Source: Candidatus Parcubacteria bacterium (GTDB taxonomy: Bacteria > Patescibacteriota > Patescibacteriia > Patescibacteriales > UBA12075). Taken from it: 64,000 nucleotides of DNA. The stretch's first letter is position 1. Every line of letters begins with the position of its first letter. A program made the translations under genes and the position numbers. The DNA lies in assembly GCA_002869165.1 (NCBI GenBank), contig PKTK01000001.1, forward strand, positions 510,005 to 574,004, in the 5' to 3' direction. Below the pieces are notes generated by a model. It was not told where the DNA came from, searched no databases, and worked only from the letters and a program-made list of their open reading frames with translations. Shown piece by piece: positions 61,273 through 64,000 of this stretch.

Positions 61273-63522
61273 ATGAACTATAAATTTGCCCAATTCATTC
61301 AAACTCCAGGAAAAAAGGCTAAATCTTTTTCCGATGTTTTTGTAGCTCAACCAGATTCTCACAAAGAAGAATTGGCTGGTAAGCTTTTTGTGGTTCTGGA
61401 GATAAACAGTAAAGATACCAAGGGTTTAAAGATTATTAATTTTTTACTTGATTCAATTGTTCAAAATTTTTACCAAAATGAAAAGCTGATTTTGCGAGAA
61501 CGCTTATCTACTTTAAAAATTGAACATATTTTCGAAGCTAGTTTAGCTAAAACTAATAAACATTTTACAGACTTTCTAAAAAACGAAAGAATAAAGATCA
61601 ATGCTAGCGATCTAAACATTACTACCGGAGTAGTTTTTGAAAATGAAATTCATATCGCCAATATCGGCACCAACAAAGCTCTATTAATTATCCCCAATAC
61701 TAAACCAGAAGAGAATCAAGAAAGATTCAAATTAGTTGACATCTTCAAATCCTCAGGTCACGAAGAAGAAAAAATCGATAGAATATTTTCCAATGTCATA
61801 AGCGGTCATATTCCAGAGAAAGCTGCTTTGCTTATTTGCAACGAAACTCTACCAGAATATATTTCTAAGAATAAATTAAGTGAAATTATCTCTTCCTTGC
61901 CACCAATCGGTGCTACCGAACAAATAAAAAACATCACTAAAAACATAAATGCTTATGTTTCTTTTTTGGGCGTAATCATAAAAAGTACTGCCACTCCAAA
62001 AACTCAAGTTGAGGCACGAGAAAGGGTCAAAATAAATAGTAACGAATCTATCAACAAACTAAACACCACTGAAAGTGAGACCGAACAATTACTTACTCCA
62101 TCAGGCATGATAAACTTCAAAAAATGGCTAGGTGTGCTTAGTTTACCCTTTTCCTCCTTTTCTAATAACAAAGCGAAAAAATCAGCTCTAGGATTAAAAG
62201 ACAAAATATTAGTCAAAAGAATATCAACCAGTAAAAAAATATCAGGACTACTTTCGAATTTCTTTTCCAATTTATTTATTGCTTTTTCCAGAATTATTAG
62301 AAACATCAACCAAGCAAAAATATTTAAAACAATCTTTTCTCTTGCGGGACTTAAAATATTTTTTGGAAAAGTTCAAAACTTCTTTGCCAGGGGAAAATTA
62401 AATAAAAGAAAAATACTACTTGCTTTAAGTATAATTTTAATTGTTGTATTCATCTTTAATATAACTCGAACCAAAGAAAAAAATGAAAAAATCGTTGAAG
62501 AACAAAGCTATTCCGAATTAACTGAAATGATTGAAAAAAAACAAAACCAAGCTGAAGCTAGTTTATTATACTCAAATGACGAAGGAGCCAAAAAACTTTT
62601 TGATGAGATCAATTCTTTAATCGAAGAATTACCAACCGAAACCGAAGAACAACAAAGCCAATACAATGAATTTAAAGAAAAATTTAACGTTCAATTGGAA
62701 AAAATCAGACGGATCACTCGCCTAGATGATGCAACACTTATTGACAACCTTAACAATCTAAACTCCCGCGCCAATCCTCAAAACATAACCCTAATTGCCA
62801 GTAAAGGAAATCTATATATTTCTGATGCAACCAATAAGTCTTTTTACATTACTGACATCTTTGAAAAACAAAGTACAACTATAGCTGAACTTGATAAAGA
62901 GATTATTAGACTTGATTATCCTTTATTAATTCAAGAGGAAGAAAAAAATGAGATTATTTATTTTAATGCAGAAAACCTAATTTCATTAAGCGCTGAGGAA
63001 AAAACTACCGAAATATACTCAATCAATCTAGCCAGCTCCGATGTAGTTGATATGGATATATACAATTCTAACATATACCTCTTAAACCCTAGTGCTGGTC
63101 AAATATATAGACACCAAAGAACCGGCAATAACTTTGGCTCACCTACTCCGTGGATCAATGATGGCTCAAATATTGAAAACGCAATTAACCTTGCTATTGA
63201 CGGAAATATCTATATACTCTTCAGTGATGCCAGTATTAAACGATATCTAAGAGGATCTGAGGTTGATTTTGACCTTGAGCTTTGCGATCCACCTCTTGAG
63301 TCCCCTACTAAAATAAAGCTATCTCAGGAAGAAGACTTTCTTTATATTCTAGAACCAAAAAATCGTCGTATGTTAGTTTATAGTAAAGACGGGCAATTTC
63401 AAATGCAATACATGAGCGAAACCTTTGATGATCTAAAAGATTTTGTTGTTAATGAAGAAAACAAAAAACTATATTTCCTAAACGGAACACTAGTCTATCA
63501 AACTGAAGCCAGTCATTTTTGA
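61273..63522 (+). CDS. large hypothetical protein (749 aa) with a central TM segment and beta-rich C-terminus
   Basis: Long uninterrupted ORF with TM helix ILLALSIILIVVFIF near residue 385, followed by a terminator. Confidence 0.6.
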   Translation: MNYKFAQFIQTPGKKAKSFSDVFVAQPDSHKEELAGKLFVVLEINSKDTKGLKIINFLLDSIVQNFYQNEKLILRERLSTLKIEHIFEASLAKTNKHFTDFLKNERIKINASDLNITTGVVFENEIHIANIGTNKALLIIPNTKPEENQERFKLVDIFKSSGHEEEKIDRIFSNVISGHIPEKAALLICNETLPEYISKNKLSEIISSLPPIGATEQIKNITKNINAYVSFLGVIIKSTATPKTQVEARERVKINSNESINKLNTTESETEQLLTPSGMINFKKWLGVLSLPFSSFSNNKAKKSALGLKDKILVKRISTSKKISGLLSNFFSNLFIAFSRIIRNINQAKIFKTIFSLAGLKIFFGKVQNFFARGKLNKRKILLALSIILIVVFIFNITRTKEKNEKIVEEQSYSELTEMIEKKQNQAEASLLYSNDEGAKKLFDEINSLIEELPTETEEQQSQYNEFKEKFNVQLEKIRRITRLDDATLIDNLNNLNSRANPQNITLIASKGNLYISDATNKSFYITDIFEKQSTTIAELDKEIIRLDYPLLIQEEEKNEIIYFNAENLISLSAEEKTTEIYSINLASSDVVDMDIYNSNIYLLNPSAGQIYRHQRTGNNFGSPTPWINDGSNIENAINLAIDGNIYILFSDASIKRYLRGSEVDFDLELCDPPLESPTKIKLSQEEDFLYILEPKNRRMLVYSKDGQFQMQYMSETFDDLKDFVVNEENKKLYFLNGTLVYQTEASHF

Positions 63523-63558
63523 TTCACAAAACATATAACACAAAACATATATCAAAAA

Positions 63559-63597
63559 AACCGCTAACAATTTAATGTTGCGGTTTTTATTTTTTTA
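63559..63597 (+). terminator. rho-independent terminator
   Basis: aaccgc-taacaatttaatgt-tgcggtt followed by tttattttttt. Confidence 0.7.
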
Positions 63598-63933
63598 AAA
63601 AAACAATATACTCCACCAGTCTACTTTTGAAGACTCAGGGTCTTGAGCTTCTTTTTCAAAGATCAACAATGAAGCAAGTATTCTATTGTTTGTTGCTGGA
63701 GAGATTATAGCTACACCCATTGGTGTTTCTCGCATCAACGTCCAACCTTCTTCAAATAAATCACCCGGGGATACTACTTCTTCTGTCGCTAAATCTATAA
63801 AAGACTTACTTGCACCATGATCAGAATACTGAACAATTTTTGCTTTTTCATTTTTATTTCTTTAGATTGTGGTGATTTTTGTTTGCCAGAAACCAATATA
63901 ATTTTTACAGATTATTTTTCTATATTTAATCAT
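63595..63933 (-). CDS. hypothetical protein (112 codons) whose frame contains an in-frame TAA at 63862-63864
   Basis: The ATG (63931-63933) overlaps the stop of the upstream gene (ATGATTAA). Reads MIKYRKIICKNYIGFWQTKITTI*RNKNEKAKIVQYSDHGASKSFIDLATEEVV...WWSILFF. There is no start codon for 40 codons after the TAA. Confidence 0.4.
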
Positions 63934-64000
63934 TTTTGAGCTCAGCAATTTTTTCATTAATGCCGGCTTCATATCTATTTTCTTCAAACTGAAAAAGTGG
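63926..64000 (-). CDS. C-terminal end of a gene entering from the right edge
   Basis: Open frame ...PLFQFEENRYEAGINEKIAELKND-TAA. Confidence 0.35.
   Translation of the reverse strand, partial: PLFQFEENRYEAGINEKIAELKND

Noticed and set aside
9703-62309. Numerous 60-170-aa ORFs nested antisense or out of frame inside long genes. Examples: 9703-9963, 11634-11918, 18455-18823, 22410-22730, 23208-24550 (set), 24766-25059, 28377-28739, 31186-32381 (set), 42329-42697, 51417-51855 (set), 55130-56794 (set), 57925-58342, 58892-59191, 62004-62309.
   Set aside because: Each is fully contained in a longer ORF that has recognisable motifs or coherent signal-peptide or TM architecture. These are typical shadow ORFs.
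1-64000. Genome-wide reassignment of TAA to a sense codon as the explanation for the in-frame TAAs.
   Set aside because: TAA terminates many genes exactly at conserved C-termini: S9 ...QWSKR, L17, L11, L1, S13, L36, GatB, ThyA, and GyrB ...ENLDI itself. It is the most common stop in the window. Only a partial or context-dependent effect, or an artefact, remains possible.
1-64000. UGA recoding (genetic code 4 or 25), as found in some candidate phyla.
   Set aside because: TGA ends intact genes at sensible positions (ftsI at 6111, ORFs 160-693 and 2655-3281). No conserved gene needs an in-frame TGA, and conserved Trp positions are encoded by TGG.

Overview
This is a low-GC (roughly 30% by eye) bacterial chromosome segment. 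Gene content and architecture suggest a small-genome Patescibacteria/CPR-type organism, but that is inference and no rRNA is present to confirm it. Contents from left to right: (1) a loosened dcw cluster on the minus strand (murF ... ftsI, ftsL-like, rsmH, a secreted S1 protease, mraZ); (2) a 750-bp non-coding gap; (3) an AlkD-like repair gene and tsaB; (4) a surface-glycan cluster (two GT4, radical SAM, O-antigen ligase, Wzz-like) interrupted by a ~4.3-kb higher-GC island of four secreted or LysM proteins; (5) an Rrf2 / L,D-transpeptidase / iscU / Nfu-like / cysteine desulfurase operon; (6) secE-nusG-rplK-rplA; (7) a dCMP deaminase / Nudix / Dcd-like / thyA / folA / two-kinase dTTP module; (8) gatB; (9) four small accessory genes; (10) the rpsI-rplM-rplQ-rpoA-rpsD-rpsK-rpsM-rpmJ-infA block; (11) alaS, an MtaB-like enzyme, an ABC-F ATPase, gyrB and hypothetical genes. 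I saw no rRNA, tRNA, CRISPR array, transposase or integrase. The most striking signal is a single in-frame TAA in each of at least five otherwise intact genes (gyrB, rpsK, rplA, murF and one hypothetical gene). There are no in-frame TAG or TGA codons and no frameshifts, and TAA is also the normal terminator at conserved C-termini. Other signals: a 90-bp in-frame tandem triplication of the gatB 3' end; ten MITE-like TGTCAT...ATGACA hairpin elements; many 7-bp-period micro-arrays filling intergenic spacers; a repeated composite module 3' of alaS and the ABC-F gene; a GC-rich two-hairpin element with compensatory changes, one copy of which lies inside the rpsK coding region; an rpoA without the alpha-CTD; and a sharp split between SD-less core genes and SD-bearing accessory genes.
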